A program made the position numbers and the translations under genes. A stretch of 32,000 nucleotides of DNA from Dickeya solani IPO 2222 (GTDB lineage: Bacteria > Pseudomonadota > Gammaproteobacteria > Enterobacterales > Enterobacteriaceae): the NCBI RefSeq assembly GCF_001644705.1, contig NZ_CP015137.1, forward strand, positions 450,001-482,000. Direction: 5' to 3'. How positions within the stretch are numbered: position 1 is the stretch's first letter; each line of letters starts with the position of its first letter. Of this stretch, positions 8,000 through 16,767 are shown piece by piece. Under the pieces are notes generated by a model. The model worked only from the letters and a program-made list of their open reading frames with translations, was not told where the DNA came from and ran no database searches.

Positions 8000-9592
8000 T
8001 TATTGGATTCCGCGGCTGCGCAGATAATCTTCGTAGTTGCCGCTGAAATCAATCACTTTACCCGGGGTCATTTCCACAATACGGTTCGCCAGCGAACTGA
8101 CGAATTCACGGTCGTGAGACACGAACAGCAACGTGCCCTGATACAGCTCCAGCGCCATGTTCAGCGATTCGATGGATTCCATATCCAGGTGGTTGGTCGG
8201 TTCGTCCATCACCAGAATGTTCGGTTTTTCCATCATCAACTTACCGAACAGCATCCGTCCCTTTTCACCCCCGGACAGTACCTTGACCTTCTTGCGGATA
8301 TCGTCCTGAGAAAACAGCAGACGCCCCAGCACGCTGCGCACCGCCTGCTCGTCGTCATTCTCCTGCTTCCACTGGCTCATCCAGTCAAACACGGTGAGAT
8401 CGCCGTCAAACTCGTACTCGTGATCCTGCGCGTAATAGCCAATACGGACGTTTTCCGACCATTTGACCGTACCGGATTCCGGCGCCAGTTCGCCGACCAG
8501 CGTTTTCAGCAGGGTAGATTTACCGATCCCGTTAGTACCGAGAATCGCCACTTTCTCCCCTACTTCTACCAACATTTTCAGTTGGCTGAACAGCGGGCCG
8601 TTATCAAAGCCTTTGGTCAGCCCGTCGATTTCCAGCGCGTTACGGAACAATTTCTTGTCCTGATCGAAGCGGATGAACGGGTTCTGACGGCTGGAAGCTT
8701 TCACTTCTTCCAGCTGGATTTTCTCTATCTGACGGGCGCGGGAGGTAGCCTGACGCGATTTGGAGGCGTTGGCGCTAAAGCGGCTGACAAACGACTGCAG
8801 ATCGGCGATTTGCGCCTTCTTCTTGGCGTTGTCGGCTAACAGACGTTCACGCGCCTGCGTCGCCGCCGTCATGTACTCGTCATAGTTGCCTGGGTAGATG
8901 CGCAGTTCACCATAATCCAGATCCGCCATGTGGGTGCAGACCATATTGAGGAAGTGACGGTCATGGGAAATGATGATCATGGTGCTGCTGCGCTCATTCA
9001 GCACCTGCTCCAGCCAGCGGATGGTATCAATGTCCAGGTTGTTGGTTGGTTCGTCCAGCAGCAGAATATCCGGATTGGAAAACAGCGCCTGTGCCAGCAA
9101 TACACGCAGTTTCCAGCCCGGCGCCACCTCGCTCATCAACCCGTAATGCTGCTCCATCGGAATCCCTACGCCCAGCAGCAGTTCGCCGGCGCGCGATTCC
9201 GCGCTGTAACCATCCATTTCGCCGTATTTGGCTTCCAGATCCGCGACCCGGTAACCATCTTCCTCGCTCATTTCGCTCAGCGCATAGATACGGTCACGTT
9301 CTTCTTTGACTTCCCACAGTTCGGCGTGCCCCATGATCACCGTGTCCAGCACGCTGTACTGCTCAAACGCGAACTGATCCTGACGCAGTTTACCAACCCG
9401 CTCATTTGTGTCGATGGCGACATTGCCTGCGCTTGGCGCCAGATCGCCGCCGAGGATCTTCATAAATGTGGATTTGCCGCAGCCGTTAGCGCCGATCAAT
9501 CCGTAGCGGTTACCGCCGCCAAATTTGACAGAAATGTTTTCAAACAACGGCTTACTGCCGAATTGCATCGTAATATTATTGGTTACCAGCAC
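8000..9592 (-). CDS. ybiT: YbiT, ABC-F family ATPase with two tandem ABC domains and no transmembrane domain
   Basis: Track ORF of 530 aa with a GTG start. It is near-collinear with E. coli YbiT as I recall it ([47 protein letters not shown]...). It has two Walker A motifs ([18 protein letters not shown]) and a second LSGGEKGR signature. Confidence 0.93.
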   Translation of the reverse strand: MLVTNNITMQFGSKPLFENISVKFGGGNRYGLIGANGCGKSTFMKILGGDLAPSAGNVAIDTNERVGKLRQDQFAFEQYSVLDTVIMGHAELWEVKEERDRIYALSEMSEEDGYRVADLEAKYGEMDGYSAESRAGELLLGVGIPMEQHYGLMSEVAPGWKLRVLLAQALFSNPDILLLDEPTNNLDIDTIRWLEQVLNERSSTMIIISHDRHFLNMVCTHMADLDYGELRIYPGNYDEYMTAATQARERLLADNAKKKAQIADLQSFVSRFSANASKSRQATSRARQIEKIQLEEVKASSRQNPFIRFDQDKKLFRNALEIDGLTKGFDNGPLFSQLKMLVEVGEKVAILGTNGIGKSTLLKTLVGELAPESGTVKWSENVRIGYYAQDHEYEFDGDLTVFDWMSQWKQENDDEQAVRSVLGRLLFSQDDIRKKVKVLSGGEKGRMLFGKLMMEKPNILVMDEPTNHLDMESIESLNMALELYQGTLLFVSHDREFVSSLANRIVEMTPGKVIDFSGNYEDYLRSRGIQ

Positions 9593-9805
9593 AGCACTTA
9601 CTCGATTCGGAATGTGATTTGGCGCGCATTATGCCACAAGCGGCACACAGAATCCCGGCGATTATCGGACGTTTTTTAATCAAATGCGGATTTGATACCC
9701 CGTCGTCGCGGCGTCACCGTGCGAGCACGCCTGACGACAGGCACGACAACATCTTGTTAACCGTACATAATGAGCATTGCTCCCGATCGCAGAAGGAAAG
9801 ATCAG

Positions 9806-10687
9806 ATGCCGTCACCACGCCGTTTTAAACAGGTCGATGTGTTCAGCCATCATCCCGCCAAAGGCAATCCACTGGCCGTCATTCTCGACGCCGACGGCCT
9901 CAGCGATGAACAGATGCAGGCCATTGCCCGCTGGACCAATTTGTCGGAAACCACTTTTGTACTGTCGCCGGACGATCCGCTGGCTGATTACCGGGTGCGT
10001 ATTTTCACCCCGTCGGCAGAACTGCCGTTCGCCGGGCATCCGACGCTGGGAACCGCGCACGCGTTGCTGGAATCCGGCCTGACGCCGCACGTGCCGCATC
10101 AGGTGATCCAGCAATGCGGCGTTGGGCTGGTGCCGGTGGCTATCGGCGATGACGGCCAGCTTGCCTTTCGCGCGCCGGACGTCACGATGGCCGAGCTCGA
10201 CCCGCAGTATGACGCGTTGCTCGACAGCGCCATCGGGAGCCATCTGCGTCATCCGAACCCTCGTCCCGTCAACGTGCGGATGGGCATCCGCTGGCTGACG
10301 GTGCGGATGGAAAGCGCGCGCGCCTGTCTGGACGCGCGCCCGGACGCCACGTCTCTGCAACGATTGCAGCAACTCGGCCAGACCGACGGCGTAGCGATTT
10401 ACGGCCCGCATGACAACGCAAGTCCCACCGATTATGAAGTCCGGGCCTTCTTTGTGATGAATGATGCGGTGGTGGAAGACCCGGTAACCGGCAGCGCCAA
10501 CGCCTGTATTGCCAGAGTGATTGAGCACAGCCCATTGCCGGAACAAGCGAACCACACCCTCGGTTATCGGGTACGTCAGGGCACCATGTTGTACCGGGAC
10601 GGCCGGGTCAATATTTCCTACATTGACGGCCAGCCGTGGATTGGCGGCCACAGCAATACCTTGATTGACGGGCATATTACTCTCTAA
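9806..10687 (+). CDS. PhzF-family isomerase/epimerase-like protein
   Basis: The track ORF is 9770..10687. I prefer the ATG at 9806 (AAGGA SD 8 nt upstream), giving MPSPRRFKQVDVFSHHPAKGNPLAVILDADGLSDEQMQAIARWTNLSETTFVL. This is the typical PhzF/YddE N-terminus (xVDxFT...GNPxAV...SETxF). DPVTGSA occurs near the C-terminal half. Confidence 0.8.
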   Translation: MPSPRRFKQVDVFSHHPAKGNPLAVILDADGLSDEQMQAIARWTNLSETTFVLSPDDPLADYRVRIFTPSAELPFAGHPTLGTAHALLESGLTPHVPHQVIQQCGVGLVPVAIGDDGQLAFRAPDVTMAELDPQYDALLDSAIGSHLRHPNPRPVNVRMGIRWLTVRMESARACLDARPDATSLQRLQQLGQTDGVAIYGPHDNASPTDYEVRAFFVMNDAVVEDPVTGSANACIARVIEHSPLPEQANHTLGYRVRQGTMLYRDGRVNISYIDGQPWIGGHSNTLIDGHITL

Positions 10688-10703
10688 CGCGCGATTCTAC
10701 CCG

Positions 10704-10735
10704 CAAACAGGCCGCCAGAATGGCGGCCTGTTATT
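10704..10735 (+). terminator. Hairpin terminator after the PhzF-family gene
   Basis: aaacaggccgcc-agaat-ggcggcctgtt forms an 11-bp GC-rich stem 17 nt after the stop. The T-tail is weak (ttattcc). Confidence 0.5.
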
Positions 10736-10787
10736 CCTCCGACAATGCCGTTACCTTCAAAATAATGTGACTTTCATCACGAAAAAG

Positions 10788-10816
10788 TTGAAATAGCGTT
10801 CCTTATCCATTATTAT
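10788..10816 (+). promoter_or_regulatory. Near-consensus sigma70 promoter for the small gene
   Basis: TTGAAA (10788-10793), an exactly 17-nt spacer, then TATTAT (10811-10816). The predicted transcription start is near 10823. A CRP-like box TGTGA-ctttca-TCACg lies just upstream at 10766-10781. Confidence 0.65.
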
Positions 10817-10870
10817 CAAAACCGTGATGAACATCACATAAAACATCAACCACGATAACGGAGACACCAC

Positions 10871-10960
10871 ATGAACGCATTCATCAATTTCTTCAAAAAA
10901 CTGGGCGACATCTACGTAAGCTACTGCGAACGTATCGGTTCCATCATCAGCCCGTTTTAA
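10871..10960 (+). CDS. Unannotated 29-aa small protein, MNAFINFFKKLGDIYVSYCERIGSIISPF
   Basis: Below the ORF-track length cutoff. The ATG is preceded by GGAGA with a 6-nt spacing. A strong promoter lies about 50 nt upstream and an intrinsic terminator starts 18 nt after the TAA. I recognise no homologue. Confidence 0.6.
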   Translation: MNAFINFFKKLGDIYVSYCERIGSIISPF

Positions 10961-10978
10961 CATGAACGCCGTAGATTA

Positions 10979-11017
10979 AAAGCCGCCACTCTCCATCCTG
11001 GCGGCTTTAGTTTTTTC
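10979..11017 (+). terminator. Intrinsic terminator of the small gene, lying between two convergent genes
   Basis: aaagccgcc (10979-10987) pairs with ggcggcttt (11000-11008) to give a 9-bp stem and a 12-nt loop, followed by agTTTTTTc. It also lies 55-90 nt downstream of the convergent multicopper oxidase stop. Confidence 0.75.
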
Positions 11018-11071
11018 ATTCCTTTCCGGCAAATATCCCGCAGTCTTCTTCATTCCTGCCCTGATTTCTGA

Positions 11072-13294
11072 TCACTTCGTTGGCGCGGTTTGGTTTTTTT
11101 GCGCTTGTGACAGCACAATCTCGACATTTTCCATCATCCCCTGATCCTCATGGTCCAGGATGTGGCAATGCAGTACGAATTCACCGATATAACGCTGATA
11201 GCGGGTTCTTAGCAATATGCGGTAATAGTTTTGCGGCGTAGCGGTCAATTGGCCGGGCAACAGGTTAGTTTTGACGAAAATCGTGTCTTTCCACTGCCCT
11301 TTTAAACCGGCAAACTGGCTGTCGCCATCGGCCTCCGTCACACCCGGCAAACTGACGTCACGCCCCTTCGGGTCGTAAATCGCGACAATCTGGAACGGAT
11401 TCACATGGATATGAAACGGATGGCTGACGCTGTACGAACGCAGTTCCCATTCTTGCGACGCCCACAGTGGCAACGTTATATCGATGCGCTTAGGATCATA
11501 AGCCTTTATCTGTTTCGGTAACCACACACCGTTAACTTTTTCGACGCCAAAATCGTGACCAATGGCGAATATGTCTGCTTTATTCGGCTGCGTACCGCCG
11601 GCAAAAAAGACAATTTTCTGTTTTGGCTGACCGGCAATCTCTTCATCACTCACATCGCGAGTATGTGGCGCGAACCGGGTGAGATAGATCTGGTTATCAC
11701 TACGATTCAGGTCATGAATAATGTCCTGCCTAACCTCTTCTGGCATCAGCTTCTGCGCCGAATCGATCAGCTTCCGACGCAGGGTAGGCACAAAATCCCG
11801 CACCTCAATACTGTCCGACCCGGATACGGAAACAAATCCCAGTAAACTGTTGCCCTGAGCCTTACCGGTGATGCTGCCCGTCATGGACTGGGGTGGCTGG
11901 ATCATGCAATAACCGCCCGCCTGTGGAAACATCGTTAACAGATCATAACGATACCCCGGCTGTAACGTTACCTTATCCGCCGTCAGCGAATGGGACATGG
12001 TCAATCCATCGGCGGCGACCACCTGGAAAGGGACTTTTTCACCGGAACAGAGTTCGTTAATCAGCGCCCCCACATCCTGACGGCGTAAATTGCCCAGATA
12101 GGCCTTGCGATGCAATTCGTTGAGACTCTGGCCCGGTTTTATCTTACGGAATTCCAGATTAATGGTTTCCCTTACGCCGCCGTGAATCAACCGCCAGCGC
12201 TCTACCTGCCCGGCGGTGGCTTTAAACGTCGGTAATACCACGCCGTTGATGCTGGTCCAGCGGCCAGATGCCTGCCAGGTGCCGGGGCCAAACTGATCGT
12301 AATCTTCAATCACGCCGGTCTCGTTGGGTCGGCAATCCCAGTTGATATTACGCTGCTTATCTCGTTTCAGCCTCCCATCCGGCCCCAGACAGGCGTACTG
12401 AATCTGCTGGAACAAGACCGTGTGCTCGGGAAATGGCTGCTGATTGTCGGGGTTGATCAGCAGCGTGTCCAGATCGCCATTCGACGATACGGTGGGTTTG
12501 CGGTTACCGTGAACGATAAGCGCCCCCGCCATGCCGCTGGAGACCTGCAGCGCGGTGGAGCCATGCCGGTGTGTGTGATACCAAAGCGTGCCGGCCGGAA
12601 TATCCTGCGAGAAGTTGTACTGGTATTCAAAACTGTTGCCCGGATTTACCGACAACAGCACATTGTCGCTGTTGCCGGTTGGGCTGATCCAGGCACCGTG
12701 GGCATGCAGGTTGGTACCATTAAAGCAGTGAGGCGGGTCGAAGAGTTTCGATGACGATCGCGAATCATCCGACGCAGGCTGCGCCATCGCAGTATGAGAT
12801 GCGGCCGACATTGATGGCATCTTTCCACTCCCCATCTGATGCGGCTGACAACTGCTATCCACCGGCAAATTGTTCTTAAGCAGAATACGTACCGTATCGC
12901 CGGGCATGACATCAATCTGCGGCGCGACAAACGACGCCCCGATAACCGGTTGCTTGTCCGTACTGCCGGTGTAACCCCGTAAATGTACCTTCTGGAAACG
13001 GTTTTGCGACGGGTCATAGATTTTCCCGTCCACATACCCAACATCCAGTTCATAATATTTTTCTCTATTTCCTTCCTGAACCCCACTGAAATGATTCTGC
13101 AATAGCGACCTGACTAGTTGCTGCAAGTGTGGTGGGTTTTCAAATAGAAAACTCTCCTCTGTATTATTGTCCGACGTATTATTATTTTCTGCCGGCAAGC
13201 TATCCGCATGACTATCAAATACCATTAATGTCGTCAGGAAAATAAAAACATCCCGGCATGTCGCTCTGTATCCAACCTTGTCATATGTTGCCAT
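11072..13294 (-). CDS. Large multicopper oxidase (laccase/CotA/CueO superfamily), probably exported
   Basis: Track ORF of 740 aa. All four copper-ligand motifs are present in the canonical order: NLHAHGAW, WYHTHRHG, HPFHIHVNPF and HCHILDHEDQGMM. The N-terminus looks like a Sec signal (MATYDKVGYRATCRDVFIFLTTLMVFDSHA/DS) and has no twin-arginine. An AAGGGGA SD lies 7 nt upstream. Confidence 0.88.
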   Translation of the reverse strand: MATYDKVGYRATCRDVFIFLTTLMVFDSHADSLPAENNNTSDNNTEESFLFENPPHLQQLVRSLLQNHFSGVQEGNREKYYELDVGYVDGKIYDPSQNRFQKVHLRGYTGSTDKQPVIGASFVAPQIDVMPGDTVRILLKNNLPVDSSCQPHQMGSGKMPSMSAASHTAMAQPASDDSRSSSKLFDPPHCFNGTNLHAHGAWISPTGNSDNVLLSVNPGNSFEYQYNFSQDIPAGTLWYHTHRHGSTALQVSSGMAGALIVHGNRKPTVSSNGDLDTLLINPDNQQPFPEHTVLFQQIQYACLGPDGRLKRDKQRNINWDCRPNETGVIEDYDQFGPGTWQASGRWTSINGVVLPTFKATAGQVERWRLIHGGVRETINLEFRKIKPGQSLNELHRKAYLGNLRRQDVGALINELCSGEKVPFQVVAADGLTMSHSLTADKVTLQPGYRYDLLTMFPQAGGYCMIQPPQSMTGSITGKAQGNSLLGFVSVSGSDSIEVRDFVPTLRRKLIDSAQKLMPEEVRQDIIHDLNRSDNQIYLTRFAPHTRDVSDEEIAGQPKQKIVFFAGGTQPNKADIFAIGHDFGVEKVNGVWLPKQIKAYDPKRIDITLPLWASQEWELRSYSVSHPFHIHVNPFQIVAIYDPKGRDVSLPGVTEADGDSQFAGLKGQWKDTIFVKTNLLPGQLTATPQNYYRILLRTRYQRYIGEFVLHCHILDHEDQGMMENVEIVLSQAQKNQTAPTK

Positions 13295-13620
13295 TTCGCC
13301 ATCCCCTTCAACCCATTTAGATTCGTTATCAATTGAATTTACTGGATAAAATAATCAGAGATCTTTCCCACCCCGGTTTATCGCAGATGAGATGTAAATA
13401 AAAAAAGATCTTGTCATTATTTCCGGTATGAACACGTCAGGAAGGAAAAGTAAACAGCCCGAACATTTCGGGCAATCAGATATTTACCCAAACCCGAAAA
13501 GGACACTGTATCGATATTTTTCTATAGGTAATAAAGCCCGATAACTGATTAAAAAATCACGGGTGGATAAAAAAACGCAAGATTTGGCGACACTGACGGG
13601 GAACGCACGATAAAAAAGTA

Positions 13621-13650
13621 ATAAAAAAGCCGCGATAATTCGCGGCTTTT
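13621..13650 (-). terminator. Rho-independent terminator of the nuo operon
   Basis: gccgcg-ataatt-cgcggc forms a hairpin 20 nt downstream of the nuoN stop. A run of A on the plus strand (13623-13628) gives a U-tract on the minus-strand transcript. Confidence 0.8.
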
Positions 13651-13669
13651 AATCCGGTATACGGAAGGG

Positions 13670-15127
13670 TTACATCAGTGGCTGCGCCAGTTGCACCAGC
13701 GAAATCAGCGGCTGCGGGTAGAGACCCAGCAGCAACACCAACACGGAGGAAATCAGTACCACAACGCCGCCAGCGGTCAACGCCCAGTTATTCGGCGTAT
13801 CGCGGTTCAGGGTTTGCGGTGCGCTCAGGTACAAACTTACCAATACACGCAGGTAGTAATACAGGCCGATGGCGCTGCCCACCACCACTGCGGCACTCAG
13901 CCACCACAGGTGCGCATTCACACCTACCGCCAGCACGTAGAATTTGCCGAAGAAGCCCAACGTCATCGGGATACCCGCCAGCGACAGCATCATCACCGTC
14001 ATCACTGCAGACAGGATCGGCTTATGCCAGAACAGACCGCGGTAAGAGAACAGCGAATCCGCATCCGGACCCCGATACGGGCTGGACATCAGACTGACTA
14101 CGCCAAACGCGCCTAGGCTGCTGAACAGGTAACCGGCCAGATACACGCCGATGGTTTCCAGCGCCAGCTGTTGAGTCTGCACCGAAATCAGCGCCACCAG
14201 CAGGTAACCCAGATGCGCGATGGACGAGTACCCCAGCAGACGCTTGATGTTGCTCTGCGCCACCGCCATCAGGTTACCGAACAGGATCGACGCGAAAGCG
14301 ATCACACCCAACGTGGTGCGCACCGATTCAGCGTCCACCAACGGTGCATACAGGAACAAACGCATCACGGCACCGAAGATAGCGATCTTGCTGGCGGTCG
14401 CCAGGAAGGTGGAAACCGGCGCCGGCGCCCCCTGATACACATCCGGCGTCCACAGATGGAACGGGACCAGCGACAGCTTAAAGCCCAGTCCGACCAGCAT
14501 CATACCCAGACCGACCAGCAACAGCGGCGCATGCAACTGATGGTCGTTCAGGCTCTTACCGAGGCTGGCGAAGCTCAGGCTGCCCGAATCGGCATACACC
14601 AGCGCCATGCCAAACAGCAGGAACGAAGACGCAGCGGCAGACAGCAGCATGTATTTGATGGCCGCTTCCAGCGAACGCTTCTGACGGAAGGCATAGCCCA
14701 CCATACCGAACAGCGGCAGAGAGATCAGTTCGATGCCGATGAAGAACGCCGCCAGATGGTTGGCGCTCGCCAGCAAAATGCCGCCCAATGCGGCAATCAG
14801 CACCAGCAGATAGAACTCATCTTTGTTGTCCGGGTAGCCTTCCAGCCACGGGTAGGCGAACGTGCTGGTCGCCAGGCTCGCCGCCAGCACCAGGCCGGTA
14901 TAAAACATCGAGAAGCCGTCCACCCGGATCAGCGGGGTGACATCGGTCGGCCCAACCTGGCCGACCAGATACAGCGATAACAACGCGATGTTCAGGCCGA
15001 CGACCGTCAGCGTAGCGTTGACAAAATGGTTGCGTCGCCACGCAATGCACAGCATCACAACCACGACTGTCAATCCAACGATTAACAGTGGCGATATCGC
15101 GATCAGTTGTTGAGGAGTTATTGTCAT
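13670..15127 (-). CDS. nuoN: NADH:quinone oxidoreductase subunit N
   Basis: Track ORF of 485 aa. [35 protein letters not shown] is collinear with E. coli NuoN. Confidence 0.97.
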   Translation of the reverse strand: MTITPQQLIAISPLLIVGLTVVVVMLCIAWRRNHFVNATLTVVGLNIALLSLYLVGQVGPTDVTPLIRVDGFSMFYTGLVLAASLATSTFAYPWLEGYPDNKDEFYLLVLIAALGGILLASANHLAAFFIGIELISLPLFGMVGYAFRQKRSLEAAIKYMLLSAAASSFLLFGMALVYADSGSLSFASLGKSLNDHQLHAPLLLVGLGMMLVGLGFKLSLVPFHLWTPDVYQGAPAPVSTFLATASKIAIFGAVMRLFLYAPLVDAESVRTTLGVIAFASILFGNLMAVAQSNIKRLLGYSSIAHLGYLLVALISVQTQQLALETIGVYLAGYLFSSLGAFGVVSLMSSPYRGPDADSLFSYRGLFWHKPILSAVMTVMMLSLAGIPMTLGFFGKFYVLAVGVNAHLWWLSAAVVVGSAIGLYYYLRVLVSLYLSAPQTLNRDTPNNWALTAGGVVVLISSVLVLLLGLYPQPLISLVQLAQPLM

Positions 15128-15133
15128 GGCGAA

Positions 15134-16669
15134 TTACAGCCCTGTCGTTGAAATTGTTGAACCCTGAACCGATGACGTAAACCATTGCTGGATATTGGCC
15201 ATCGCCGCGCTGGACGTATCCAGAATCGGCTGCGGATAAACACCCAGCATCACCAGCAACACCACCAGCAGCAGAATGAGCGACAGCTCGCGCGCGGTCA
15301 TCCCCTGTAGCGGCGTGTCCGATTTAGCGGCACCGTAGAAAGCGCGCTGCACCATCACCAGCGAATAAACGGAAGCGAACACCAGACCGAAGGTTGAAAT
15401 CACCGTAATCACCGGCACCACCGGGTAGCTGCCGAACAGAATCATGAATTCGCCGACAAAGTTACCGGTACCCGGCATCCCCAGCGTGGCTACCGCGAAA
15501 AACAGCGACAGCGCGGGCAAATAGCGAATCCGTCCCCACAAACCGCCCATCTGACGCAGATCGCGAGTGTGCAGGCGTTCATACAGCTGACCACAGATGA
15601 TGAACAGACCCGCGGCCGACAGGCCGTGGGCAATCATCTGCACCACCGCGCCCTGATAGGCCAGTTGACTACCGGAATAAATGGCAATCATCACAAAGCC
15701 CATGTGCGACACCGAGGTGTAAGCGATAAGGCGTTTGATGTCGGTCTGCTTGAACGCCATCCAGGCGCCGTAGAAGATACCGATAACGCCCAGCCACATG
15801 GCGATAGGCGCAAAATCGTGGGAGGCATTCGGGAACAGCGGCAGGCTGAATCGCAACAGGCCGTAGGCTGCAGTTTTCAGCAGGATCCCCGCCAGGTCCA
15901 CCGAACCCGCGGTCGGCGCCTGGCTGTGCGCATCCGGCAGCCAGCCATGCAACGGCACCACCGGCATTTTCACCGCGAAGGCGATGAAGAAGCCCAGCAT
16001 CAACACATATTCCAGACCGTAGGACATCGGCGTTTTCAGCAGACGGGAATAATCGAAGGTCCATTCGCCGGTGGCATTATGGTGTGCAAACACCAGCGCC
16101 AGAATGGCGATCAACATCACCAGACCGCTCGACTGCGTATAGATGAAGAACTTGGTCGCCGCGGCGATACGGGTCTTGCCATCAGAACCTTTGTGTCCCC
16201 ACAGTGCGATCAGGAAGTACATCGGCACCAACATCATTTCCCAGAAGAAGAAGAACAGGAACATGTCGATAGCCAGGAAGACGCCAATCACACCGCCGAG
16301 GATCCACAGCAGGTTGAGATGGAAGAAGCCCTGATAGCGTTGAATCTCACGCCAGGAACAGAGGATCGCCAGCACGCCCAGCAGGCCGGTCAGCACCACC
16401 ATCAGCAATGACAGTCCGTCCAGCGCCAGGTGAATCGAGATACCAAAACGCGGTATCCAGTCCAGCACGAACTCCGACTGCCATTGCGGCAGACCCGTCG
16501 GGGTCGCCAGCGAAAAGCCGCCCTGCAGCCATAACTGCAGTGACAGCGCCAGTGTCAGCCCCATGGAGATCAGCGCGATCCAGCGCGGCACGCGAGTGCC
16601 AAAACGCTCGAGCTGCCAGCACAGCAGGCCGCCGATAAAGGGGATAAGAATCAGCCAAGGTAGTAGCAT
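15134..16669 (-). CDS. nuoM: NADH:quinone oxidoreductase subunit M
   Basis: Track ORF of 511 aa. It is a polytopic antiporter-like subunit lying between nuoL and nuoN. Confidence 0.97.
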   Translation of the reverse strand: MLLPWLILIPFIGGLLCWQLERFGTRVPRWIALISMGLTLALSLQLWLQGGFSLATPTGLPQWQSEFVLDWIPRFGISIHLALDGLSLLMVVLTGLLGVLAILCSWREIQRYQGFFHLNLLWILGGVIGVFLAIDMFLFFFFWEMMLVPMYFLIALWGHKGSDGKTRIAAATKFFIYTQSSGLVMLIAILALVFAHHNATGEWTFDYSRLLKTPMSYGLEYVLMLGFFIAFAVKMPVVPLHGWLPDAHSQAPTAGSVDLAGILLKTAAYGLLRFSLPLFPNASHDFAPIAMWLGVIGIFYGAWMAFKQTDIKRLIAYTSVSHMGFVMIAIYSGSQLAYQGAVVQMIAHGLSAAGLFIICGQLYERLHTRDLRQMGGLWGRIRYLPALSLFFAVATLGMPGTGNFVGEFMILFGSYPVVPVITVISTFGLVFASVYSLVMVQRAFYGAAKSDTPLQGMTARELSLILLLVVLLVMLGVYPQPILDTSSAAMANIQQWFTSSVQGSTISTTGL

Positions 16670-16767
16670 GGCGTTTTGTGTCCCTAAAAATTAAAGAAAA
16701 CGAAAAACTTGCTGCCTGCGGGGCCACTCATCACCAAGCGCCCCGCCCCTCTGCATTACCGCATCGC

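Noticed and set aside
10757-10963. 68-aa minus-strand track ORF antisense to the 29-codon small gene.
   Set aside because: It has no SD before its ATG and would have to be transcribed through the terminator hairpin. All recognisable signals (promoter, SD, terminator) point to the plus strand.
11555-13086. Internal ORFs within the multicopper oxidase gene: 11555..11845 +, 12422..12754 + and 12646..13086 -.
   Set aside because: They are antisense or out of frame relative to a gene whose frame carries all four copper motifs. They have no independent signals.
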